From Macrostomum lignano (Eukaryota), in contig NIVC01003518.1 of the NCBI GenBank assembly GCA_002269645.1, forward strand, positions 1-64,000: a stretch of DNA of 64,000 bases, written 5' to 3'. Numbering within the stretch: the first letter of the stretch is position 1; every line of letters begins with the position of its first letter. The translations under genes and the position numbers were made by a program. The notes below the pieces were generated by a model, which saw only the letters and a list, made by a program, of their open reading frames with translations, made no database searches and was not told the DNA's origin. Below, piece by piece: positions 51,101 to 64,000 of this stretch.

Positions 51101-54100
51101 TGTCGACCCGAAAATCCCGGCAAAATGCGTCTACTTTCAAAATGAGCACAGCGACGAGGTAAGTGCTCTGAACAACTCGATCTACTCAAGATCAAGTTTT
51201 GTACGAGCTATATACAAAGCCATCTTTTTTTACAGAAAACGATTATTGCTACTTGCGGAGACTGTGTCAGCTTTTCTAAGTACGCCGACAAAGCGCTAAT
51301 CTCAACTACTTGCCAGTCTTGCACTGCAGATACGTGCGCTGCCGAACCATCAATGGCGAAAGTTGGTAAGTATATAGCTGTCTTTTTAATAATTAAGGCT
51401 TTTAATCAGAATATACTTATTATGAGACGCTTTTTAATAATATTATTGAGCTTTTCGATTCTTATCCGACTAGCAGTGAATTTTCATGTCAAATACTAAA
51501 ACATTCTGCTTATTGCAGAGCCAGCTGCTAAAGGCTTAAAGTGCTTCGTTAGTTTCGACCAAAAATCCAAAGTCAAGACGCTAGCAATGTGCAAAGCAGG
51601 CGTGAGGCAATGTCACAGAGCCGAGTCTAAAAGCGGACGGGTAAGTCAGACAAACCTCTGTTGGAAGGCGCATGCAGTATTGTTTATTAGTGTATTATTG
51701 ACAAAGAACATTCTTGTGTTTTCAGAATTTTCTACATTCGGGTTGCGGTGACTGCTCGGAAGCCAGTGAGGAAACTAAGAGTTTAGGACGCTTCGCGCGT
51801 GTTGAATGCAAATCCTGCAACACAAACGGATGCAATACGCCAAGCCTAACATTCGATAAATATGGTAATAAATATCTTCGCGGATTATTTATAATTTTTG
51901 GTAACATTTTTCGATTTTTGTCGATAGGACGGTAATTTTAGATTTTTTAAATCAGTTTCTTCACTAAATACGCAGTGTCCCTGGACAGAGTAGTTAGTAA
52001 ATACGGCCAGGCAGTCCTTCTTTCAGGAGCTGCTTATGTTTGATTAAGTAGGCTACAGTACTAGCAGAAGTATGACCTGCACCTACAGCCAGGACTGCTT
52101 ATTTTTAGGATGAATAATTTTCTCGAAATGAACAATTGAATAAAACTACTGTAAAGGCGTCATACTGCTGTGTACAAATACACAAAAGAATGAAAAAGCG
52201 ACTTCATAGATATTAGTTTCGAAGCTTGCCGTACTTTTGTCACTTTATTTGTAATATTTTCCGTTCCGTTAGGGTCATACATTTACGTACCTGTATACTA
52301 ATATATTTTTCTCAAACATTTTCACTTTTTAGAATCACATTTACGATGACTTACTAATTAAAAACTCTTATTTATTACAGAAGAGGCTAGAAAATGTTAT
52401 GAAGGCGAAGACAAAAGTTATACGATATTGTGCAAATTTTCGGTATGGACATGCATGCGAAGTTACTTCAGCGACGGGGTAGGTCAAATTAATTTATTGT
52501 ATACTCTCGGTATAGCTAACAGGGCAGAAAGATATGCCATGTTAGCTATCAGAAAGCTAACAGGGCATATTAGAAATATATTAAACATATTATACAACAT
52601 AATATAAAACATAATAATAAAACATGATATAAAAAATAATAATATTAATATTAAACTATATTATTATATTATTAATAAATAATAATATAAAACATAATAT
52701 GAAACATATTATATTAGAAATATGACAGGGCATATTTCTGATTACAATAAATCAGAAAGCTAACTTCTACAGAAAGATATCAACAGTTTATATTTGTATC
52801 TGATTTATTCCAGACATTTATGAGCGCGGGTTGCGGAAGCTGCGACAAGTTGCATGCGGAAGCCAAAGCACTTGGAAAGACGGCTATTTGCAGAACTTGC
52901 AGCACTAACGAGTGTAATTCAGCCAGTTTGATGGCAGGTGTTGGTAAGTATAGCTTCAGTTATTATTTCCTCATTTTCTTTGATTTCTTAATTTCTTAAT
53001 CCTTAGAGCGACGTCAGAAACGTTACACTCCGCCTAAAATGCGATTGCCACTTCCTAGTTAAATCAACCTACTTCTTCCAAGTTAGCAGCTATAATCAGG
53101 TAACCCAGAAGACGGAAGAGTTAACTAGGAAGACGGAATAATTGTTTCGTTTACGCTCTCGCAATGATCGTCGCGGAAATTTAGGAGTCCTACTCGAATT
53201 TTTCTACTGCAGCTAGTAGCACCCAAAGATTTTTTCGGTAGTAGTGATTCAAATAGGCTATTCCGGATTTAACAATAGTGTAAGATGAAGATTTAGTATA
53301 TTGTGATAATTTGTTCTGATTATAAATGGCCTTAGAAGTAGCACGAATAAACAATTAAAGTATTTTGCTTTATTTAAGTGCTGTTAATTCAAACCGGATT
53401 TTTAACTAGGACGCGATCTATTTCTTATTACTAGTTTAACCTTGAATATTCACATTGGCTTCAACTTATTTATGCGGGACTTTTTGTGCATGGGGGTTAA
53501 TCCTCAGGGTGTTAATCGCAAGTCAACCCCATAGGCCAATTTTCTTGTACCCCCAAAGTTATCAACTGATGCAAAATAGCGTTTGACATTTGCATTTTTC
53601 ACTTGGGGCAAATAAAACTGGGTTAGCTACCGATCATGCTCAGTGCACAATCGGGTGCTACATGTAGCATGCAATTACCTTATAAGATTTCCGTGTAAGA
53701 AGGTCCTGATATTTATGCTTATTTCCTGATTAATGTAATTCAATATTAAGTGACGAAATTCTTTGGTTTCTACATTAGTTGCAGAAAACCCACCGTCAGT
53801 TTTCGTGCTGATTTACAATGAATGCCGTTTTCATTGCAGAATTCCGTGAGTTCTTTCGCTGCCACGTGGCTAATTTTGGCAGAAGATCTTTTACTTCAGT
53901 GTGCAATCATGGTGTTACTACCTGCTATGAAGCTGAACTTACTGATGGGGTGAAAATTTTGAAGCAAATTTTTTTATTGACAAAATTGAAATTAATTATT
54001 TCAACTTCCAAGTCAATTTGATTTTTTCTTAAACTTGCAGGAAAGGATGGCAAACTGTGGCACCTGTGCAGAGGTTAATAAAAACAAAAAGACAGCCAAA

Positions 54101-57100
54101 ATTTGCAAAACTTGCAACACTCCACTATGTAATGTGGGCCTTCTAAAGCCCTCTCAAGGTAAAGAAATTATTGTTGAAGTGACTTAATTTATTAGTATTC
54201 TAGAGACAGTGGCACCTACCAAAAGACAGGGGTACCCACCAATAGACAGTGACCAAGAGACAGTGACCAAAAGACTGTGACCAAGAGACAGTGACCAAGA
54301 GACAGTGACCAAGAGACAGTGACCAAGAGACAGTGACCAAGAGACAGTGACCAAGAGACAGTGACCAAGAGACAGTGACCAAGAGACAGTGACCAAGAGA
54401 CAGTGACCAAGAGACAGTGACCAAAAGACTGTGACCAAGAGACAGTGACCAAGAGACAGTGACCAAGAGACAGTGACCAAGAGACAGTGACCAGAGAGAC
54501 AGTGACCAAGCGACAGTGACCAAGAGACTGTGACCAAGAGACAGTGACCAGAGATACAGTGACCAAGCGACAGTGACCAAGAGACTGTGACCAAGAGACA
54601 GTGACCAAGAGACAGTGACCAAGAGACAGTGACCAAGGGACAGTGGCGCCCACCAAGAGGCAGTGGCGCCCACCAAGAGACAGGGGTGCCCACCAAAATG
54701 CCTAATTTGTAGGCCCTTCCCTGGTAAAATGTACTGAAATTAGGCAACTCATAGCTATAGCAGCACATCAATAAACTTTAAAAGAAGATTGCATACTTTT
54801 TTATCCGATACAGACTTTGAGTGCTACGTGAGCTTCAATAATTCAGTAAACGTTGTGGAAAAATGCCCGCCGGGAGTAAAAAGCTGTTTCCGAGCCAAAT
54901 CCACTGATGGGGTAAGTCGGTTTGATAAGCATACTTGTTTTTTGATGTGTGTAATTTAAATTGTGTAACGATTGTGTAACGAATGCCCATTCCGCTAATC
55001 CCTGAACGGCCGACGCGTCGCTATAGATGATTGATTATCCATAGTCGGCTCGAAGGCCATGATAAAAGGTTGGTGGGCTACCCTAGAAGGGGCGCGGTAC
55101 CCACCCGGCCGCTCCACCTAACCGGGCAGTAGGCCAAAAGAACCCTCAAGGCTGGCCCGACACCAGGAGGGGGACCACTTGCGACCGGACAACTCCCCGG
55201 CCTTCCAGCTTATTGGCACGATCAACACCTTAGGCATTAGAGCGTACGTTGAGCAGTACCACGGCCCGCATACCCAAGTTCGGCAAAAGCCACTGGATGG
55301 TCCCCAGCGCCGGAGCCCAGTCTATCCGGCAGCCCTAGGGTCTGCCTTGAACACTCGCGGCCCGGACGGATACCCCTGAGTCGGCTTGCGAGACAGCGTG
55401 GGGGGGGGGTCTGCGGCTGCCAGCGGCAAATCTAGGGTGCAGACCTCCCACCAGCCTTTACCTGCTGAAGATAAGGGCATGGTCTGTCTCATACTTCACT
55501 ATCATGCTGAATATGCCCCTGCGAGCGAATCACTTCATATAGAGAACCGTGAAAATGCATACAGGAAAAATAATATTTCCGGGTTTTTTCCTGGTAGAAA
55601 TTAATATCACAATAAAATTAGTTAAAAACGAAACTCTATTTAAATATCTTGAGCATGCGTTCCACTGAATCGATGATAAAACGACACAAAAAATTGCGTA
55701 TACACATGTATCTACAACCAAATTGTCAAACTACACCAGTATAATTTTATATGGAAACTTTCTATTAGTGTATGCACTATTCATGTCGCAGTTTTTTTGA
55801 GAGTCTACATTGATTCCTCATACTGTTCATGGTAAAATATATTTAATGTTCTTTAAGGAATTCGACAGAAAATTTAATTGATAGTCAAATTAATTTTAAG
55901 GCGGTATTCATTGCTGCCTGCGGGAATTGCGAGCCGTTCAATTCTCACATCAAAGGAGCAGCCGAGGGTGTCACTTGCAAGGCCTGCGGCACGGAACGGT
56001 GCAATTCGGCCCAACCGCCGGAAAAAGCTGGTGAGAATTTATTTTCAGAAACTGACATACTGTAAAAGGAAATTTACACAAAAGCACATAGGGCATTCGT
56101 ATCGTATGCAGTTTTATAGAAAATATTATAGATAACACACTTAAACCGACGCAGAGTTAGTCAATTAATTTGAGAGCGACTAAATCGGAAGATTTTATTG
56201 TGTCCAAAGATGACGTCATAATCACTAGTTAATGTTGGACACGTCAATAATAACGTCATGCATCACGGATGTACTAGTCCGTGTTTAACCCGATCCATAG
56301 AGAGACAGCTAGCAGTCCGATGTCTAAATTGATATTTATAATATTTAACTTAATTTATACCACAATTTAATACGCGTCTATTTAACGTACATGTACGGGC
56401 GTATCTTATTATCAGCCACTGAAGGCATCGAGTGTAACATTAACTTTGGAACCGGCGCTAGCACAACGGTGAAATGTGGAGCAACAGTCCGGTCCTGTTT
56501 CCGAGCCGAGCTAAAGGACGGGGTAGGACTATTCGGGATGTGAATTTTATTCAGCAGCGAAGCAACTATAGGCGAAATTTATCTACAAAAATTACTCTGC
56601 AATTTCAGAAGGAATTCGCCTCTTGTGGCGATTGCAATGGGGCTACTGCTCTGTTTGGGCGTATTGGAAATTTGGTCAGGTGCGATGCCTGTTTTACTGA
56701 TCGATGCGGTTCAATGCAAGGTAAGAAGTACTATACTAGTAACAGTGTCCCCTGACTGACTCGTATATTACGGTCGTAATTTTACCAGTAAAATACCGGT
56801 ATCTATCTGAGTGATTAGCGATATGGCCAATGTGTAAATATTTTAATTGTTAACTGAAAAAAACGATACCAATAATGAGGTCGCTACACTTCAGCCGTCA
56901 AACTTGCATCGAGACTCGCGTGTTACACCTATGCCAGCAAAACTTTAAGAACGGAGATAGGATGCAGCCCCGGACAGACGAGCTGTTTTCTGGCTGAATT
57001 CAGTAGCGGGGTAATTCAAGGCCTACTAATCGCTGTTTCATTGTAGTAGATAAAGCTGCATTGATAACTTTAGTAATTTCCAAGCAATTTTACCTTACAA

Positions 57101-60100
57101 ATCTTTCCAGTCTGTCTCAGGTGGTTGCGGAGACTGCTCCCGTAGTAAGACTTTTGCTAATGGTATGAGACAGTCTGTCAATTGCAGCACCTGTACCACA
57201 GACAAGTGCAATACGTTTTCGTCAACATCTGGAGCTGGTAAGTAGCTCGTAGTACCTAACTGCTTTTGGTATGCTATTTTAGAATAGAGATGAAGAAGTA
57301 AAGATTTTTTTATTTTTTTTATTAGAGGCAGGGGGTTGTGTACACCCTGGCGCACTTTAAGCGACATAGGCACACAACCGGCGAGAGGCATTACTGCCCA
57401 TTCCGCCGACTCCCCTGAGCAGGCATAGCTCGTACAAGCGCGGATACGTACGCAGGCACACACTCACACAGGAGTGTACAGCGGCCCTAACTTTATATTA
57501 TCGTTAGGCATGTACACTTCACTGCGCCTTGGGGGGTTGGCTCTCAAGGCCGTTAATTGCACGAGCAGAGCCAAGCCGAGATTCCAATTCAGCCCCAAAT
57601 TAATGTGACTGCACTTGGAATCGAGCCTGGGTCGCAGGCACACCAGAGCCTGCGCTAGACCGCTGGGCTACGGCCCCCCCCCTATAAAGTAAAGATAGTA
57701 TGAGCCATAGACAACATGCACATTTTTTACTGAGAAACCCACGACTGAAAGACAACAATTTTCAAGCCTGCATACGATTGGGCATCAAAATTGAGAGTCA
57801 CTATGATTGAATACCTCAAGGAGCATCTTCGGTTGACTGCAGCAGTTGTTGATCTAGGAATTAGCAAAAGAAGTCACTAGTGCAGACTGATGTTTATCGA
57901 ATCGTTTGAAATATATAGGAAAGGACATCCTTGTGTTCTAGAGTCCTAGAGATGTGCTAGATTAGAGTTCTCAGTGGAGTTTCTCAGTAAGAAATGTGCC
58001 TGCTAGGGTGCAACCCTTTGGTTATCTGTTTTCTTAATTAGCACAACGGAAGTAATACTCCTTCTTTAACTCTTTCTTTAAGCCGATTAACTGGCATAAA
58101 AGTCCATTAATTGCCTCCCACGTTCTTGTAACGGTCATTATCATGTACTATACAAAACACGTTTTCAGCCGCAGCTGGCCCAGCACCTGTACTGACATGC
58201 TATGCACACTCAAACACTGCCGCAAAAATCGAACAGAGCTGTCCTGGATTCAATAAGTGCTATTTGGCCATTTACGGTAGTGGGGTGAGTCGACGCACAG
58301 ATGTCAACGCGCATTGTTATTTAAACAGAAAGTCAGTTGTTCGATGCATGTGTTTGATTTTTTTCAGGCGGAATCGGGTAATTGCGGAGACTGCTCCCTG
58401 ATCGAGTCTGCAGCTAAACTTACAGGACAAACAGTCAAATGTAGCACCTGCAGCACAGACAAGTGTAATGCGGGCTCGTCTACAGGTGCCATCGGCGCCG
58501 GCGGTGAGTGCCAATATACGATAATTTTTTAACTAGCTATGGGAATGGAGACAATTATCCTATATACGTCTAGAACCATTCCCTAGGCGCACTTATCTCG
58601 GTTTTAAAGGTTCCTTAGCATGAAAACACGCATATACCTACCGACAGACCATTTTTAGTACTTGGAAGTTGGGCCTACGAGCTAAACTTTCTTGCCTTCT
58701 CACTGCCTTTGATTTGCGGTAGTGCAGAGTGCTCACCTACAAACTAAAATATTTCCTGTGGATAAAAAAATAACAGTTTCAGGGCCTGGAAGTGCATCGG
58801 CCCTCGCGTGCTACTTGTTTGACTACAAAAGCAACGGACAACCCACTGAGCAGAAATGTTTTACAGGTCGAGAGTGTATGACAGTTTTCCATGATAAAAA
58901 AGTAAGTCAGCCTAAGTCTTCAAGGAATGAATAAAGATACTTCAAGTTAATTTTCGTTTGATTCTTTGCTATTATAGGCCATGTCGGGTGCTTGCGGAGA
59001 CTGCTCGTTTATCAATAGTGCAGTCAAGAAGATGGCGGTAAATTCGATAACATGCACAACCTGCAGCAAAGACAAGTGCAACTCAGGCTGGTCAAATAGC
59101 GGAGCTGGTGGTGAGCTTATCAGACGTTCGGGTGACATGTTCAACCAATTTTTTCAAGAATAGTTGGTAAAAACAAACAATACGTGCATGAATTTCAGGA
59201 TGCACCAGGGGCTTTAGCACCAGGGGCTTTAGCACCAGGGGCGCCAGCACCAGGGGCTTTAGCACCAGGGGCTTTAGCACCAGGGGCTTTAGCACCAGGG
59301 GCGCCAGCACCAGGGGCTTTAGCACCAGGGGCTTTAGCACCAGGGGCTTTAGCACCAGGGGCGCCAGCACCAGGGGCTTTAGCACCAAGGGCGCCAGCAG
59401 CAACAGTCGTTAGCAGCGAAAAAGCTACAAAAGGAGGGCAACGTATCCTTTTAGCAAATTCATTGCTCTCACCTCGCGATTCGGCCCCTTCGCTTTAGGT
59501 TTTTGAGCACTAAATATTGCTTAGTGTTAATTCGATGCGTATTTACATTTTAGTGCCTGCATCGGCTCCAGGATTCAAGTGCTACGTGTTTAACAACAAC
59601 GGCAGTGGTAAAATGACTGTTAAATGCAGTTCGCCTCTTAGCTGTCTGCTTTCCAAATATAATAATGGGAACAGTGATGTAAGTCACAAGTGTCCTGTCG
59701 GAATATTTTGATTTCTACAAGTAAAAAATCAACTTCAACTCCCTTTAAGCTTGTGCTTGATAGTTGGATGGAAGTTTTCGTATGATTCCATCATTGAGGG
59801 CCAAACCCCAAATGCACAGAGGGTACGTCACAGCCTGACGATTAGAAAGCCAGGGCCGCTGTACACCTGTGTGAGCGTGTCTATGAGTGTCTCATTTATT
59901 AGCAACATGAATGTCTTTGCAGATTTTTGAAGGCAGATGTGGAGACTGCGCCGCGATAAACGCCATGGGCAAGATAACAGGAGTGAAAGTCGAGTGTCAC
60001 AGCTGCAAAACTGACCTGTGCAACTCTGTTGAAGAATTCAAGAGAATCAGCAGTGCCAAGTCTGATGAGCAAAGCAGCGCTTCCTCGGTACAATACGGCA

Positions 60101-60153
60101 ATATTGAAGCCATTGGCATAAATGTATTTTTGACTGTATTTGCTTATGCTTGA
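48199..60153 (+). CDS. Secreted/GPI-type protein with 12 tandem 8-Cys three-finger (Ly6/uPAR-like) modules, 25 exons, ~1005 aa
   Basis: Signal exon 48199-48259 (MKSAGLLESALAWTLLLTVI). Exon pairs: 48748-48851/48946-49075, 49868-49965/50046-50172, 51064-51158/51236-51365, 51519-51640/51726-51864, 52381-52478/52814-52943, 53840-53949/54041-54158, 54814-54911/55901-56030, 56416-56522/56609-56720, 56895-57010/57111-57237, 58169-58284/58368-58503, 58777-58901/58978-59110, 59554-59678/59923-60153. All are GT-AG with phases 1-0-1 and the motif C..C..C | CG[D/E/S/T/N]C..CxxCxxxxCN. It ends SSASSV..AIGINVFLTVFAYA*. Confidence 0.88.
49471..49700. mobile_element. Probable MITE fragment (CAGGAGCGTCGCCAGGGG.. 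end, internal GCCTGCGGCGCCAAAAT repeats)
   Basis: GC-rich insert in an AT-rich intron with a hAT-like terminus; no matching second TIR found. Confidence 0.35.
50340..50570. repeat. Degenerate AGCATCCCCCAGATAG-like minisatellite
   Basis: Imperfect tandem units in an intron. Confidence 0.55.
54245..54690. repeat. 15-bp minisatellite (GACAGTGACCAAGAG), intronic
   Basis: About 29 copies; source of the VTVSWSLSLGHCLL ORFs. Confidence 0.93.
57325..57680 (-). mobile_element. Most complete tRNA-derived SINE copy
   Basis: Minus strand 5' GGGGCCGTAGCCCAGCGGTCTAGCGCAGG..CCAGGCTCGATTCC (A box TAGCCCAGCGG, B box GGCTCGATTCC); 3' end CCCTGCCTC followed by an A-rich tail. Confidence 0.85.
59204..59398. 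repeat. Second array of the ACCAGGGGCTTTAGC 15-mer, with a 60-bp higher-order period
   Basis: Same unit and variant as 21177-23806; the GCGCC variant recurs every fourth unit. Confidence 0.95.
59795..59890 (+). mobile_element. Partial SINE copy
   Basis: GAGGGCCAAACCCC..GGGCCGCTGTACACCTGTGTGAG matches the SINE middle region. Confidence 0.6.
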
Positions 60154-61573
60154 ATTAGTTTAAAGCATCAAGACTAAAAATGTGCTTGGCTCTAGAAAAG
60201 GTAAAATGAGAAATTTAAAGTTGTTTTTAACAGTCCACCAATATGCTATGCTGCTCCCGATGCTGCCACTAAAAAGTTGAAGAATAACATAACTTTTTAA
60301 GCCACATCTTTCGCACATTATTCCCACATACGTGTACTACATGTACGTAATGAACATAACCCTACCCACATAACAAAGTATATTTTTTCGTAAAAAATTT
60401 TAAATGCAAGGTTTTCGAGACTGAACAACAGTTACCGCTGTATGTACTTTAGTAAATCTATTGCAACCAGTTCGTACACATATAAATGTGCTGCTTTTGT
60501 AACTTCTGTACGAAACAGTTTGTTTAAATTGCTAATAAATATCTGCAAGCTTGCTATCTACGCACATGGTATGGTTACATGGTAATAGATGCGACAGTAC
60601 ATGCACACAAGGCATACTTTTCCTACACCTTGCATGTATGCTCGTATGCATGCCAATGATCTTAACTTTATCAATTTGATGCTTAATGTTCGTACAACTG
60701 GACATAATAAATTGGACGAAGTTCTCTGTTATACGGTAACTACTGCTCATATATTGTAAATGTTCTATGCGCGATATCCTACAACTCTCAAAGTGCTTGC
60801 AAAGTTAAAACCATTCTGTTCTATTATTTATGTTTGTCAATTAATTTTGTCATTTAAAATTTTAAAGTGAACGCTTTATACACTTTCTGATACATTGATA
60901 CACTTTTATTTGCAAAATAGGTTTTCTGTGAACATGTCCAAATTAAAAAACATGTACAAAATTGTACAAACATGTACCCCATATCATGCACTATATGGTA
61001 ATTATAGACTGTCGAAGTGCTAATGTTAGCTTTCACTTGCATGTACGGCTATATGTTTGCAAACTGCAGATAAACATGAATAAAAAAGCGTCAAATACGC
61101 CTTCATACTTTAATACAGCTGATATACTTAGTTGCACAGTCAAAATGGATGCGCTTGCTTAGTGTCATTTTAAATTCATGCAATAAGCTAAAAATAATAA
61201 ATGCTCAGTAGTATACGCGGTCGTACACAATGAATTTGCTCGTAAAGGTACATAGATATTATTTCATGCTAACGATATTAAAGTAATTTGCAGATTTGGA
61301 GCAGATTCTGAGCATTAATTACGAGTATATAACCGTGAATTTTTTCTGCAAAGAAAATAACAAAAAATACATGGTTGTCAGGAACTTCGAAAATAAATAT
61401 TCTAGATAGAATATCCCTTTAAAGTACAACTAATTTTAGTTGCTAGTAAATTATTGACTAGCTTCTTTGATTTAAATTTATTTAAAAATGATTTATTTGT
61501 TTGCATGAACTTTTTACGGCAATTTAAAAATAAATTGGTATATGCATTTCTGATAGTAATTACCTACCTACAG

Positions 61574-62006
61574 TAAATGACTACGGCCAAGCTGTTTGCG
61601 GCTTCACTATGAATTCTAAGCTTCTACGTGGAATCGGCAAAGACAATGGACACGTTGTTGACAGTTCCTCTGTCTGGAATGTAGGAAGTAGTTCGGTGTC
61701 GGGCGACCAGTCTACTGAGGGCGAAACGCAGGTAAGTCTGATGCAAAGCAAATCGGAAAATTTTTTAGCATTTTATCAGTCGATTTAAAAATTTTTTTTT
61801 ATAAAAAAATAAATACATTTCAGAAACGAGGCCTCATACCATCAACCTTTCTCACCAAAAAAGGGAATCTGATTTTATTTACACACCCGGATGAGTACAC
61901 TGCGCCGCAGGAGGAGTCCAAACAACAACACGATGCTCCAACAGCCGTGACTCGCGGCGTGACAACATTGGGCGATTTGTTTAACTCCGCAACTCATATA
62001 TCCGAG
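61574..62006 (+). CDS. Two exons of an unidentified gene (61574/ATG 61609-61731; 61824-62006)
   Basis: Open phase-0 exons with GTAAGT/GTAATT donors: MNSKLLRGIGKDNGHVV..GETQ|KRGLIPSTFLTKKGNLILFTHPDEY..TTLGDLFNSATHISE. Downstream exons were not identified. Confidence 0.55.
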
Positions 62007-62689
62007 GTAATTTTGAGAATTTTCTATTCTGAAAATTTTCAGTGCGAATAGGAATAGGAAACTGTAATAATCAATATTTGTAGCGAAATTATTTTTAAGG
62101 TGCTTTTATTTTGCCACTTTCATATATTGCATGTCAATTGGCATTTTTTGATAAAACTATGGGATTAACCAATCCTGATTTTCTTAGCTTCTAAAATAGC
62201 TGCTGATATGAAAATATAGAGACTTGTTCTAAAACTGGATTTAGGAAGAATACGAGTACGTTAAATAATATTTGTACAACAGTTTCCTATTTTATAGCTT
62301 AACTTTATACCAACTGCGTTTAAAGAAAAAAAACAAAAAAAAATTTCTAACTGTTTCTTCCTGGGTTCGTTTTCTCATAATATTCCGATGTATTAAAGTG
62401 CATTCCTAATATACGTATTAAGTACGAATTGATCTGCTAAAACTCATTTTACAGGTGAGTGCATTTCGAAAAAACGACATCTTATCTATAGGTTGGTGTG
62501 TACATGATGTGATGTGTTGCTATACGGTTGAGTATTATTACAAGAGCAAATATTTGAAAAGCCAAAGCAATTTACAGTACATATACATAAAAGAAGATGT
62601 GATGTCGATAATAAGAATAAAAAAGTTATTGATCTATAGGTATACAGTTTATAAGCGTCTTTTTCAACGGATGCGGCCGCTAGAAGGAA

Positions 62690-64000
<1,311 letters not shown>

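Noticed and set aside
53007-53100. Possible extra exon after module 5 (ERRQKRYTPPKMRLPLPS*)
   Set aside because: Contains an in-frame stop and no Cys motif; at most an alternative terminal exon, unsupported.
57600-57680. tRNA gene
   Set aside because: The tRNA-like sequence continues into a repeated SINE body and lacks a complete acceptor stem.

Overview
Eukaryotic (invertebrate-like) genomic DNA with spliced genes and minisatellite-packed introns; a flatworm such as Macrostomum is my unverified guess. All exon models were built by hand from GT/AG sites, reading-frame phase and paralog alignment, so boundaries may be off by a few bases. (1) 2.2-41.1 kb is a cluster of three paralogous RIPK1/TKL-like kinase genes. 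Gene B (minus, 13 exons, ~888 aa) has two tandem kinase domains plus a C-terminal death domain. Gene A (minus, 5 exons) is a single non-RD kinase with an in-frame stop. Gene C (plus, 6 exons) is a pseudokinase plus death domain. (2) The last exon of gene C is split by a young 15.5-kb nested insertion: a Ty3/Gypsy element (CTAT target duplication) whose 5' LTR carries a near-intact APE-RT-RNaseH LINE (13-bp target duplication). The duplication leaves the death domain as a stand-alone ATG-initiated ORF. (3) 48.2-60.2 kb is a 25-exon gene encoding ~1005 aa: signal peptide, 12 tandem 8-Cys three-finger (Ly6/uPAR-like) modules each on a symmetric exon pair, and a GPI-type tail. (4) The rest comprises a tRNA-derived SINE family, a hAT-type MITE, degenerate LINE fragments, many tandem repeats and the start of an unidentified gene at ~61.6 kb. 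Most long ORFs in the supplied track are artefacts of tandem repeats.
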